Under the pieces are notes generated by a model, which saw nothing but the letters and a program-made list of their open reading frames with translations, had not been told where the DNA came from and ran no database searches. The position numbers and the translations under genes were made by a program. 64,000 nt of DNA from Balanoglossus misakiensis (taxonomy: Eukaryota > Animalia > Hemichordata): the NCBI GenBank assembly GCA_040954595.2, contig CM082591.2:6284266-6348265 (forward strand), in the 5' to 3' direction. Below, one piece after another: positions 23,501-35,823 of the stretch (position 1 is the first letter of the stretch; each line of letters opens with the position of its first letter).

Positions 23501-25422
23501 CCGGCTACACTGGTTAACATTCAATGTAATGCGGCAGCGGACTTTGACCCTCAGTCGCTAATGTTGTGGGAGGTTTCATCATAAGCATGGTAGTCACATG
23601 TAGGGGATAGTAGTTCGGGAAATTGGCCGAAATACGTAAGCAGACCAGTGATTTTCTTGCACGAAGGGAGTATGGTACCAGCAATAATCAGAGATCAGGC
23701 TTCGTTGCCGTTCAAAAGTTCCTACTTCAGTCGTGACGTTGCAACTGGACATTCAGTATGGGGGTCGGCCCGCAGGTGACCATGGGGGTTATCAGGTCCC
23801 CCGTAATGGCACGCAGCTTCATGCAGCTGTATGGGACCAAAATAATACGCCCGATTCGGGGGTCACCTGTGACACCTGTGTAACTCTATTATGTGCATGC
23901 GTAAGTGTGGGGTCAATAAAAGGGATGCTAGCGTGGTATTTGTTCACATGGATCAATATGAAGTCCGATTTTCCTGTCAAGTTGTGGGCGACCTTATGTG
24001 ACATTTCACCTACTTTTGCTTAGTGAATAACAGCAGATGCATGCAGCTTTGGCGTGGTGGGGGGGGGGGGATATACGGATGGGACCATAATGATATACCA
24101 AAGGCGGGGTCACCTGTTGCACCTGCCTAAGTCATTGATTTTGTACATTTAATTGGACACTAACCAACAGGGCGATATGTGTGGTTTTTGTTCCACAGGG
24201 ACGAATGTAAGTGTCAGTTGGTTTTTGCCCAAATGTATAAGGTGATTTGGATGACCTCTGTCGTACAGTGCCATATCTCAGCACGTTGTACAGGTGCAGC
24301 TTTGGTATTTGGAGGGATGAAACTATCATAAAATGCCAAATACAGGGGGATACCTGTGACACCTGCTTGATTCATGTATTACGTGCATACCTAATGGTAG
24401 GCAAAGAGAAAGGGCTGCAAATGTAGGATTTGTTGCACATGACATAAGCAGGAATGAAATTTGTTTGTCAAATATTTGGGTGACCTCAGGTGTCCATTGA
24501 CCTGCTTTCCATATGTTAGCATGCACATCATATATAGCCAGGTGTTTGGATGGGTAGGGTAGGACCCTCTGCGTCATGAAATGCTAAATTCCTGGGGCCA
24601 CCTGTAACTTACTTGCGAAACTCATTATTATGGCCATATATAATTTGACCAACCCAAAGGGCGAGGATTTTCCATTGTCTTCAATATGAACCAAATAAGA
24701 ATCCTAATTTTTGGGTACCCTCACCTGACCTTTGAAGTACTTACTGAAGTACTTACAACGGAGAAGTTCACCTTTGGTTGTTGTGTTTGTACTTGTAGGA
24801 CATGCATGTCGGGTGGTTGCCTACTTCCCCATATCTCAACATCGAGAGCAAATACAGCCTACGCATTTGAATGGTACAACCCTGAATGGATTCTAATGGT
24901 TATTAACTCTATGCTTGGGCCCCTTCAATGCTGCTTGCAGCTTTAATTATTCTTTGTATCCACTATTCGGCTCCCGCAAGTTTTCGTTTATTCACTACTT
25001 CCGTCTCATCATCGACATTCATGCTGTTGACATTTCAGTTGTTTCTTTGTATACATTGTCACTTAGACAATAAATGGCGAGGTGACCTTCGGTGTGGACC
25101 CAATTTTCCCCTTCCTGATGGCAGTCCTGCAGAGTGTGACCCAGATAGCATTGATCCATGCTGTTCACCTGAAAGTTGGTGTGGTAATACAGCAGCTCAC
25201 TGCTCATGCTCATTATGCATCGACTACAGATTAAGTGAGTTGCAGACATTTTAGAGCAGCACATTTTCTTGTATGCATTAATGTGATGATATCTAGCGTA
25301 ACACTCCGTTACGAGTTGCGATAACCGACTTATATCACGAATTTGCCGAGTTTTGCCAAAATTTGAATACATTTTGCGCGTATATCTTTTAAAAATGTGA
25401 TTTTTCTCTTCTAGGTGAGTGA
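17418..25422 (+). CDS. Type II membrane mosaic protein (~791 aa): N-terminal TM anchor, four unnamed Cys-containing beta-rich repeats, PAN/apple domain, hevein-like domain
   Basis: Exons 17418-17453, 17871-17979, 19688-20266, 20608-21018, 21257-21685, 21818-22225, 22594-22821, 25067-25234 and 25415-25422. All are GT-AG and phases are consistent (total 2376 nt). TM anchor [28 protein letters not shown]; [23 protein letters not shown]...CWLK; hevein-like [11 protein letters not shown]...[15 protein letters not shown]. Confidence 0.8.
18225..18350 (+). pseudogene. Partial duplicate of the TM-anchor exon and its donor site
   Basis: Near-copy of ~17910-18035 (ACCACGGGGCTGATACTCGCTGGTGGTGGTGCTG...TTTACTG|GTATGT...ATCTCAATCACGGTTAGAG) lacking the 5' part of the exon. 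Confidence 0.7.
22872..24948 (+). mobile_element. Helentron/HINE-like non-autonomous element in an intron
   Basis: 5' end TTTTTTAGGGGACCAAGCGCCCTCAGGCGCTTGGTCCCC forms a hairpin. The 3' subterminal inverted repeat GCTTGGGCCC is followed by the palindrome GCTGCTTGCAGC and T-rich sequence. No TSD. Confidence 0.6.
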
Positions 25423-26209
25423 CGATGGTGGACCAGAATTCGCATTACAGCGACAGTGTTGGCTGTTAAGGGACTGTAAACCCCGACCTCCATCATTTTG
25501 AAACAAGCTTCACTGAAACTCAACAGGGATCGAAGATTAATATCCTTCAACGTTGCGTTGCTTTGCATGGAAGCAATAAATTAACCTGCATCTTCTTCTG
25601 TCGCATAGTGGCATTTCAAAGTCCACTCCTTCATCGGATTTCTGGATTTCATCGTATTTCTGGATTTCATCGTATTTCTGGATATTAGTGTAATTACCCT
25701 TTTGGGGAATAAAACAATTATGGCTTTTATACGTTGTCATGTCGGTCTTTCTTCGGTCAATTGTTACACTTGTAAGCATACATACACTACTCAACGTCGC
25801 CGCGAAATACGTAGGATAACATGGCAAACTGGTCTATCCAAAAGTGTACAATATTTTCACTCTTTTGCGTTTGATGCAACACCGCAACAGATCATTTACC
25901 AAATTCCGCGAGACAGTGCGAGATCTCACGTGGCTACTCACGTGACACAAGAAAAACAACACAAGTTTCACCTTGGTAAACGACACATAGTTGACCCACG
26001 TCTTCTTTCTGGTTATTATAGTGGTTTGCTTCTTGCACAGGATATTGGTTACAAAACACATTCATGTCTTTTCATAATGTGGAGAGATATATAAACGCAT
26101 AAAACGTTACTAACTGGATAGCTTCGCTTGCAACACACTAAAACAAGATGGCAGCTAAGTAAGTAATTTCGCGAATAAGTCTGGCGTGTGGTCATAGCGC
26201 ACTGCTGAT

Positions 26210-27307
26210 TTACACTTCAGTGATATTGTTGCGCTCTTTCTTCCACCTGATCAGTCGGCAGCTGTAAAACACGGACATGTTTTTACATTTGAGCTTTCCG
26301 ACAGCCACTAACGGGATCAGGGCCAAGGACAACACAAGCTTGTGAGAATTGCACAGAAGATACGAGGTTGACAGAGCGAAGTTGAGAATTCCTCCCACAC
26401 AGTTCGCCATGCAGCAAAAATCGAGGAACATCAGTAGGCGATATGGTAGACAAGCTATGATTGGCTCAAGGGGCAAATCTATGATTGGCTCAAGGGGCGT
26501 GTGGGCTTCTAACAGCGGCAGTGATTCGCTGTTGCTGTCGGAGAGTTGTGAACGCCCAGACTGTCCGGACACCTGACTGTCATTGACATGCGCGTCTTCC
26601 ACACGCACTGGTCTGACTCTCAGGATAGCTTCTCTTTGAGTTGTTCTGTTCTTCCTCTCCGCGACACTTTCTTCTATTGACAAGACGCAGAAACTTTCTG
26701 CTGTGTAGTACATCGCACAGGTGAGGGCTACGGCGATGCAGAATGCGTGCACGGCCGCCAAGGACTGCACAATGGTAGGCCTATCTGTAGGAGGGCCTGT
26801 CATGTTTGCCGAGTCGTCCCCACCACCAGAACCTGCGGCACAGCGAGGCGGAATGAACAGCTCCACGCTTGCCACCACAGCCGTCGCCAGAAAGTACACC
26901 AGCGCGATGACAAACACCGTCAGATAAGCAGGCGACTTTCGCAGAAGTCTGCCGAAATCGCAGAAGAAACGCGCGTGTCGTCGGGGCTGTTTGACGCCTT
27001 TCGCTTTCAGTATCACCGCTGACAGAAAGGCGTAGAGCATCAAACCGAAAACGAAACAGCACAGGCCGTCAAAGACTACGGCAAGCATCGGGTCAAGGCG
27101 GAAAATCGCCTCGAATTGCGGTGTCAGGAAATCGTTGGCTTGCTGTAAGGAGAACGCGACGAAAAACGACAACATCAATACGGCGTCTGTGACGACAAGG
27201 CATCGCACACCATGATAGATGCAACTGTAGTTGTAATCTTCATCAACTGGTTTCCGCAGTTCCATAAGTGGACTCGGCGAGCAGCAGTCCGAAAGAACAC
27301 ACCCCAT
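26210..27307 (-). CDS. Orphan multi-pass (~6 TM) membrane protein, copy 1 (365 aa)
   Basis: Single long coding exon after the acceptor TTCACAG|GT-ATG, with about six hydrophobic segments. It shares [31 protein letters not shown] and [15 protein letters not shown] with the gene at 29469-30686. Confidence 0.85.
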   Translation of the reverse strand: MGCVLSDCCSPSPLMELRKPVDEDYNYSCIYHGVRCLVVTDAVLMLSFFVAFSLQQANDFLTPQFEAIFRLDPMLAVVFDGLCCFVFGLMLYAFLSAVILKAKGVKQPRRHARFFCDFGRLLRKSPAYLTVFVIALVYFLATAVVASVELFIPPRCAAGSGGGDDSANMTGPPTDRPTIVQSLAAVHAFCIAVALTCAMYYTAESFCVLSIEESVAERKNRTTQREAILRVRPVRVEDAHVNDSQVSGQSGRSQLSDSNSESLPLLEAHTPLEPIIDLPLEPIIACLPYRLLMFLDFCCMANCVGGILNFALSTSYLLCNSHKLVLSLALIPLVAVGKLKCKNMSVFYSCRLIRWKKERNNITEV

Positions 27308-28761
27308 ACCTGTGAATACAGGTCATACAAAGGGACTCATGTTAAATGCTTGACTAGTAAATGCACACAATGAACGAACTCTCTACCATATATTTGACCC
27401 TGGGTGACTCGACAGGGCTGACTACTAACCCAAGAAATTAAATCACGTTACCAGCATGATAACCCTTGATCCAGTTGATTCCATGATAGGGCTCATGATA
27501 TGTATGTAGTGCCAAGAATCGAATGTGTACACTACTAGACAAAATCTTAGATAGTGCTGAGGCCAAAATAATTATTTATTTCCGTGAACATGACCTATCC
27601 TTATTTTGTCCCTACCGATCCCGAAGATTAAGTCAAAATCTTAAAAGTGTTTTTCATGAATAAACATTTTCCTAAACTAACAAGTACACCCTCCCGAGCT
27701 ATTTTCGGAAAGCATTCGTCACACGACTATCTAACCCTTGTGTCCCCGGGCCTGCGCTATGTAAATGAGAGGGTTTGCATATTCTTTTCGGGCGAATTGT
27801 GTTTGTTTGAATCTTGTGGTGAGACCATTTACAGAAAACAACAGTCGAAACGAAACAGTTTGGTATGTATGTCTATTGACCACACGAACACACCAAAGGC
27901 AAATCAACACATATAGCAAGCGTACGTACTGTCGACAACATACACACTTGAAAAAATCCCATGCCATCGACTTCAGTGAGATGATACAAACCGTTCAGTC
28001 TGGTCAGACTTGTGACGTGGGCGTTTGCGATGATAAGATGTAACCCTTCGTCAAGGTCTCCTTCGAAGACTTAGCTTTCAACGAAGACTTAACAAGCTTT
28101 CAGCTTCGGTTGAATGTTTAGGTGATCACAGAAGAGAATCATCGTTTAGAACTTTAGATACAAATACACAAGGACGTGTGATGCTTCGCTCTGGTTAAAT
28201 TTATAAGGGGGATTTCCAAAATACTTGTTTTCAGGGGAAAACCCTATGAGTTCATTTCAGGTAAACCCCAGCTCAAAACAAAGGAGGTCACCAAGAGGTC
28301 ACCACTTGGCGGAGCAGTCGTTGCCTCAGTATATAACTTTCGGCATTTTAACAGTGTATTCGAGATCTTGTTTAAGTTTGAAAGAAAAACGTTGAAATAA
28401 TATTTTTAAAATGGCAGCTAGTGGGGCATCTAGCAAACTTGTGAGATTCGAGATATACTTTTAATCACATTTTTAGATCAAAAGGCTATATATCAATAGA
28501 ATTGGGTCTTTTTAAAATTTTATTTCCGTGTCATCGAACTTTATTGTACCTGGAGTGTTTGTTCGGCGTCGTGCAATGAAATCTAGCCAATCACAGATTT
28601 TCAATGGCTGGCACACGCGAAAAAACTGACTGTGTGCGCCTCTATATGTTCTCTAGAATACTAAGATACACTATTTTTGCCATTATGGACAATATTATTG
28701 TAAATAGGAGGTGACTGTGTACATTTAAAAGCTCTTCATGGTTATGAATATTTTCTGTTGA

Positions 28762-29387
28762 GGCCAAATAAAATAAAATGTGCTGTTTTGATTTACATGG
28801 CTTTCAAAAGTAGGGTAGGTAGGTAGGGATTTTTTTTTTATTTTGCAATTTTTTTATATCTTTGGCTGCCGTAGTGTAGAAGAATGACGTCATTCTCCTT
28901 GCGTGATTCTCACAATTTTCACGAATCTTGTATATTTGACATTGTTTTGTTTTACTTAAAGCCTCTAGAGCTGCCACTTCTTGCATTATTTTCATTATTT
29001 TATTTTCCAACTTAAATTGGTCCATCTAAACAAGCTTACTGATATGTATACATGAACACCTTATCGATGCCCGATTGTGACTGCATGTTGCAATTTGAAC
29101 ACGATATGTATTAAACAGGTGCCACACCGATTTAATCAGCCTCCATACAAACAGTACACATGGTATCGTCGCCAAGAGATGACAAACTGATGCAAATGGA
29201 AGTAATATGGCTTAATGGTGAAGATTTTAGAGGATAGGAAATATATAGTTTCAGAATTATTTTATTGTGGAAAAATGTGTGAAATTTGGCAGCTATAGGG
29301 TCTTTAAGCTCTAAAAAGTTTAGGGTCGGCGGGCTAATATTAGGGTAGGTCGGGTAATTGGAACAGCACATATTTTTTTGTTTGGCC
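28762..29387. mobile_element. MITE with GGCC termini and TGA TSD (PIF/Harbinger-like), containing a nested K1 element
   Basis: TGA|GGCCAAATAAAATAAAATGTGCTGTT...AACAGCACATATTTTTTTGTTTGGCC|TGA. A related end lies at ~44970. Confidence 0.7.
28960..29303 (-). mobile_element. Kolobok-like K1 copy, nested
   Basis: Reverse complement of 9165-9527, with TTAA on both sides. Confidence 0.85.
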
Positions 29388-29468
29388 TGATGTAAAGCGA
29401 AAGGTTTTTTCCATCCGTGGTCTGAGAACTCACTGGTGAAATGACTACATTACGGATTCATACTGTGA

Positions 29469-30686
29469 CTATACGACAGGGGAATCTATTCTCCACCTGA
29501 TCAGTCTGCAACTGTAAAACACGGACATGTTTGTGCACTTCATTTTTCCAACTGCAACCAGCGGAATTAATAACAGATACAACAGATAATCCCGCGAATC
29601 AAACGGATCGAGAACTGTCAAACCAAAGTTTATAATTCCTTCTACGCAGTTTGCGAGACAGCAAAAATCGAGGAACATTAGCAGCCAGTATGGTAGACAG
29701 GCTATGATTGGTTCCAAGGGCGAGTGCGAGGGATTGTCTTCTGCTCTTTCCTTCGTAGGCGTGGTTTCTGGGTCGGCGGTTGTCGGTCCCTCTACGTGCA
29801 CAGTGGCGGCCGTCTGTCCTGCAGACTGTTGCGAGGGATTGTCTTCTGCTCTTTCATTTGTCGACGTAGTTTCTGGGTCGGCGTTTGTCGGCCGCCCCTC
29901 TCCGTTACTGTTTTGGTTAAAGGTACCGTATCCGTTCGTTACACTTCGGATGACCGTTTCTCGGAGTTCACGCTTCTTTCTTTCCGCGATACTTTCTTCG
30001 ATCGATAGAACGCAGAAACTTTCTGCGATGTAGTACAGCGCGCACGTAAGGGCTACGGCGATGCAGAGCGCGCTTGTCACGGGGGAAGTTACTTCGGTTG
30101 TTTCTTCCGGTGGTAATTTGGCCGGCTCGTGCGCAGTTGTCACGTTGGTGATCGTGGCAATTGCAAAGGTGCCGTTCACAGTATAGGGCGTGGGATGACC
30201 TGTTGTGCACTCGTGGGTTTCAGAGCTCGAGTTCGGCATCGACAGATCAACGATCGCCACCACAGCCGTCGACAGAAAGTAGGCCTCCGAAATGACGAAA
30301 CAGACGCAGTAAGCTGTGGACGCGTGCAGAAGTCTGGGGAACTCGCAGGAGAATCCGCCCAGCTCCTTCATTTTGGCCTTAAGTATGACCGCCGACAGAA
30401 AGCTGTACAAAGCCAGGCCGATCACGAAACACCACAAGCCGCCATACAGCAAGACAATCGTGGGATCAAGGTGGAGACCGTTCTCAATTATAGACGCCAA
30501 ATTGTCCGGGCCCGCTTCATAGAGTGAGAAGGCGATGAAGTATAAAAACATCAGTAAAGCATCTACAAAGGCAAGAGATCGCACACCATAATAGATGGAA
30601 CCATAACTATAACCGTCATTAGGTCTCTCCAGTTCCAAAAGCGGGTCAGATGACTTAGGGCAACAATCGCCCAGAATGCAGGCCAT
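29469..30686 (-). CDS. Orphan multi-pass (~6 TM) membrane protein, copy 2 (405 aa)
   Basis: ATG at 30686 follows CCCTTACAG|GTACC. Paralog of 26210-27307, with an internal duplication [17 protein letters not shown] x2. Confidence 0.85.
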   Translation of the reverse strand: MACILGDCCPKSSDPLLELERPNDGYSYGSIYYGVRSLAFVDALLMFLYFIAFSLYEAGPDNLASIIENGLHLDPTIVLLYGGLWCFVIGLALYSFLSAVILKAKMKELGGFSCEFPRLLHASTAYCVCFVISEAYFLSTAVVAIVDLSMPNSSSETHECTTGHPTPYTVNGTFAIATITNVTTAHEPAKLPPEETTEVTSPVTSALCIAVALTCALYYIAESFCVLSIEESIAERKKRELRETVIRSVTNGYGTFNQNSNGEGRPTNADPETTSTNERAEDNPSQQSAGQTAATVHVEGPTTADPETTPTKERAEDNPSHSPLEPIIACLPYWLLMFLDFCCLANCVEGIINFGLTVLDPFDSRDYLLYLLLIPLVAVGKMKCTNMSVFYSCRLIRWRIDSPVV

Positions 30687-30777
30687 GGTACCTGTAAGGG
30701 AAATAATACTCGACACTGTAACAGAAAGCATATGCTACATCTAGTCCGCGCCATTGTATCAATTCTATGTAATCAAT

Positions 30778-30960
<183 letters not shown>

Positions 30961-32088
30961 GTTCCACCCTCCATCCATCCAACCATGCACTATTCATGCA
31001 TCCTTCTAAAGTATCTATCGAAGTCAGTCAGTCCACCCGTCCACCTACCTCAGCTGTTCGTTCAGTCGACGACGTGTTGTACGTGCGCGCGAAAACAAAC
31101 CAAAACAAATTACAACCAAACAACAATAAAATGATAAATATCATGTCCTGACAGAGGGATTACATAAACAATAGCTAGCATACCTTAGTGTGAACGTGAT
31201 TGGTGTATAGTCACTAAATCAAGCTATTTTGCAAACAATGGGCACTCAATGGTCAATCCTCACATCAATCATTTGAGAAGAGACCGTGGGCCGTATGTTC
31301 TTGGTACACATGAAGGCAGTCGTACGCAAAGGGTCGTTCACAGAGTTACGTTTGTGATTTTCAAATGTAAAACTTGGCAATACAGTGAAACGTAAGCAGC
31401 ACAGGGACTACTGTAACAACGTGGCCACTATATAGAGGTGGCCCTGTACAGACTTGGCCACTGACACAGGCTTGACTGCATGCGGAACTTTAGCAAAGAA
31501 AAATGGTGAAATCATATTGAGGGTTGAAACATTGCTACGGGCGAGTTACAACGAGAACTCCTTCGCTTGAGGAGCTCACTGCGCCCAAATCATATGCCCG
31601 AGCCCGCTAACAGAACAGAACAGAACAGAACACAACACAACATAGCACGACACGGCACAACACAACACAACACAAACACAGACAAATGCGTACAACCTCG
31701 TTTCCTCACAAACGTTGAGTTGTGACTATTTAACTCTCTGCCGAGTTTGACTGCATATAAACTGTAACTATAACATACCTTGGTGAAACTGTTGCCTGAA
31801 AATGTTTAGAATGTGTTTTCTCTTCAATCAAGGAAACGACTGTGCACGATCCGCAATCTTATTTACTACATATACGTAATACTCAACTTGAAAGGGTAAA
31901 GTTCTTATAGACCATAACCAACAGCCGAACGTTTCACCGAAATATTTGGCACCAGGTCAACTGTTTTTATTGTCTATATTTAAACTAGGCTAACATTTTA
32001 ACATATTGTACAGTTGATATATTAGCGTTTGATTAACTGACGACAAATTTCAAGAAACCGTTGCAACAACCACACGTATTATCGTCGC

Positions 32089-32168
32089 TAGCCTGGCCCC
32101 AGGCCAGTGTGTTTTAGATATATAGACATTTCTATATATCTAAAACACACTGGTCTGGGGCCAGGCTA
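32089..32168. mobile_element. 80-bp palindromic non-autonomous transposon with 9-bp TSD (AcademH-like)
   Basis: TATCGTCGC|TAGCCTGGCCCCAGGCCAGTGTGTTTTAGATATATAG...CTATATATCTAAAACACACTGGTCTGGGGCCAGGCTA|TATCGTCGC. Confidence 0.8.
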
Positions 32169-32379
32169 TATCGTCGCCAATCCTAGTTATAATTATTGTT
32201 TACACGTTTTATTTCTAACAATTTAAAAGTGTATATACTCGATGCTCTCTGAAATATGCAAAGCTGTAAGTGAAAAATCACAATGGTTCTGAGTAAAATA
32301 CGTCAACATATAAACTAATACAAAGTTAATTTAAACTTTTTTGAAACCGAGGCTACTTTCCCATGATGCTCCGTTCAAA

Positions 32380-35300
32380 ATGTCAGCGCCCAAGACGTCT
32401 TGTTTGATTGTGGCGTCGTCAGCACCAGAAGGTGGGTTTTCTCGGGGCGATGGTGATTTAGTTTGTTTTACAAAGGAAGTTTTACATTCCTCTCAGTATC
32501 ACATCACTGGATCGGCAATGTTCAGGGGTCCTTTCCACGCGGATCGCGATAAACACGTAGTTCCTCTAGAGCGATCATCCGATCACCGGCACCCCGCCCC
32601 CTTTTGGCCAGTCTGGGCTCTCGCTTGTGGATGGTGCGGTTGTGACACAAGTTGTTTGAGATGGACATTGAATACTGTGTCATAGCTGCAATGATTGTAA
32701 CGGCCGGGTGCTGCTGGGTTGCGAACACGTGATATCATCATCATCACCTGCTACAATCATTGCAGCTCAGCTAACTGTGTTAATTCATCTCTGATCGTTG
32801 GCAGGTGTTTCTGCTCAGTCATTCATCCACGCCTTTACTCTAACCCACTCGGCATTCAGTGTGCAGGTTGCCACACCCAATGTAAGTACATGCGTGGGGA
32901 CGGTGTTGTGAGTTACCATTTGATATGATCTCTAGTATTTGATTTGGTTATATGGCTGCAGTGTCAATGTGGTTGTTTATGTCTAATACATAATATATAA
33001 CACATCCGCCTCGAGTTCTGGATGCCTTGGATTGGAATAGGCTTTAGAATCATTTCTGCTATCAGCATTGATTTGTCTCTTGTGTTTATCATTTCTACGG
33101 AGAACAGGGGAAATCCATAGAATACGTCCACCAAGATGACAACAGCAGAAGATGGCTGAATGAATTTCGAACCAAACCATTTGCAAATCCAGTTAGTCTT
33201 AACTCTATAGATGGTAAGATACAGTTCCATATGTTATGGAAAATTTCTTTTCATGTTGGTTGATAAATGCGTATAGATTTGCAATCTTATATAAATTCTA
33301 AAACTATATATGAGATTTAATGTTAACAATCAAGAATGGCCCAATATTTGTAACCTTTAACCCTAGTTTATGCAGGATACTTATTCATATACATTTATGT
33401 CCATCTACATAATGTGTTTGTCCATCTTTTCTGCCTTGCCAAAGATTCTGCAAATGATAAGTACCGGTAAATAATTTACATCCTAATTTTGCATTTTTCC
33501 ATGATTTTCTCTCGGTCTTTCCAGCATCCAGGTATTCCGTGTTGTTAATTCCCAGCTGTCCGGGGGCGCTCCATGATCTGGCATCTAACACAGTACTGGC
33601 ACAGATTCTGGATCACTTCATGGAAGAAAAAAGTATGTTTATTTTTGTGACTTCTTTGTGTAGCCAGTGGTAGTGCCCATGCTTTTCGCAGTCTGAGATT
33701 ATGCTACCACAGAAAATCCTGGAAAGACCTTACATTTAAAGCCCCTATAGCTGCCAAATTTCACATTTTTTTTTCACAGTAAAATACTTCAAATATATTC
33801 CCTATCTCAAATCTTCACCATTAAGCCATATTACTTACATTTGCATCAGTTTGTCATCTCTTGGCGACACATACCACTAAAATCAGGTGTAGGGTACGGT
33901 GACGTATTTTACTTATGCTGTACGGTATTCTTACCCCTTTAGTTCTATCCCACAATGCACCATGTTTCCAAGATGGTGGTTAAGAAAAACCTCCCCTATA
34001 CTGTTATTCTTTGCGTGGTCTGTCTGTAGAGCCGATATGTGCTGTTGGTTTTGGTGTGGGTGCTTTATGCTGTACAAGGAAGGATCTGAACCAGCCATGG
34101 AGGTTTAGTTCATACTGTATGACAGCAGTAAGTGAACTTTCATGACTAATTTGAGCTGTGTTTCTTTTATGTAGGTCTTTAGCTTCCAATATACCTTTCT
34201 ATTGAATTCTTTGTAGATGTCAACATCATATAAATATAGCAGTGGATTTCAGTAGAACATTTTGTAAGGGATATATACTGCAAGAACACTAATTTTGTCA
34301 CCGTACTCAATTTTCAGCCTTCAGTTTTTGAGCTAGCAAGAGGTCCTGAATTATCATCCATGCCAATTATTTTAGAAGATTACATCAAAGACGCTGGAGC
34401 TAATTACAATGGTAGGTGTGGGCCTTTATAGACAGGTGGCCTTTATAGACTAATGAGACAGGCAGCCAATTCATGACATCAGCCAGACAGCCAGCGAATA
34501 AGAGACAGCCAGACATACTGATACAGGAAGTCAGCTAGCCAATGAGAAAATACAGATGGACAGCTAACCAAACTGACAGACAAAGAATCAATGTGACACA
34601 GCCAATCCATGACAGCCATGCAGACATACAACCGGCTAATAAGAGACAGCCAGACATACAGGAAGTTGGCTAGCCAATGAGAAAATTCCATCAGCCAGAC
34701 AGGCAGACAGTAAGCAACACTGCCAGACATGCGACCGTTGAGACAGACTGCTAATCCGAGATAGCCAGACAGCTGGCTGGAAAGATGGACAGACATACAG
34801 GAAGTAGTCTAGCCAATGAGAAAATACAGACAGACAGAGAACCATTGAGACAGACAGGCAATCCTAGACGGCCGGCCAGACAGCCAGACATATATACAGG
34901 AAGTCAGCTAGCCAATAAGAAAATTCAGCCAACCACCCAGACAGGCAATCAGACTTCCAGACAAGGGACAAGAGCAACAGACAGAGTGAAAGAACAGAGA
35001 CAGATGGATATACATTTATTAATGTTAGTTGCCATATAGATAACACAGTTGTTTAATTTAATTTTATCCCTTACAGCCAGTGAGCCAGATGCTGTACATG
35101 TTGTTGTCGACAGACATATAATCACTGGACAAAATGAGCAATCCACACTGACTGCTGTACAAAATTTGATCCTTCTCAGCAATGCCAGGTAAGTCATTTT
35201 GATTAGATAGATATTGCCATCCACGTGAATCTAGATGTTGAAGATGGTATGCCCAGTCACTGAGTCCCATTCAAGGATGCCAATGTCTGACTGGATTTTA

Positions 35301-35622
35301 TTTTCAGGAAATACTGTAAAATGGGAACTTTTTGTGAATGATATTTTTTTGCAAACTGAGAGCCCCCCCCCCAAAAACAAACAAACAAACAAACAAACCC
35401 AACAACAACAAAACACGAAAATAAAGAAGTCGTGTAACGATGCAGTGAAATACGAGAAGGCGAACATTACTTGTCGCGTAACAGTTGCCTTTTTTGATAT
35501 CGCAAAAATTTCCTGTCGTGAAAATTTCCCATTTTACAGTATGCAATAACAACTCTGCATTTTTACTATGTAAATTGTTGTTTTTTGTTGATTTCAGGCA
35601 AAGTAAACAAGCTGGTAAATGA
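32380..35622 (+). CDS. GATD1: Glutamine amidotransferase-like class 1 domain-containing protein 1 (DJ-1/PfpI superfamily), 8 exons, 223 aa
   Basis: Exons 32380-32431, 32805-32881, 33108-33213, 33525-33632, 34030-34127, 34318-34411, 35077-35188 and 35598-35622. The translation [21 protein letters not shown]...[14 protein letters not shown]...[15 protein letters not shown]...[19 protein letters not shown] matches human GATD1 (PDDC1). The ORF track misses it. Confidence 0.95.
34455..35010. repeat. Degenerate intronic minisatellite (~130-bp period, CAGA-rich)
   Basis: CAGGAAGT(C/T/A)..CTAGCCAAT(G/A)AGAAAA recurs at ~34524, 34658, 34798 and 34897. Confidence 0.75.
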
Positions 35623-35823
35623 AGGCTGATGATTTTCATGGAAGATGCTAAAACATAAGAGACTATATGTGAATCAACAACATAAATTTTACATCTTCGT
35701 ATTTCTATCCAAGTAATAGAAAACAAAGTATATTTCATGTCAGTGTATTGATTTTTATTGCACTTTGGTAGTGTCTACCAAGGAGTTTCTGATAGCTTTA
35801 TGGCTCATGTGCGTAATACTATG

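Noticed and set aside
26349-27062. Overlapping antisense and alternative-frame ORFs in the GC-richer coding exons (also 7462..7830, 29704..30527, 60204..60767)
   Set aside because: Shadow ORFs of real genes with no independent coding signal.
32660-33120. Apparent signal peptide, Cys-rich and TM pseudogene in alternative frames
   Set aside because: Fully explained as shadow frames and introns of GATD1 exons 2-3.
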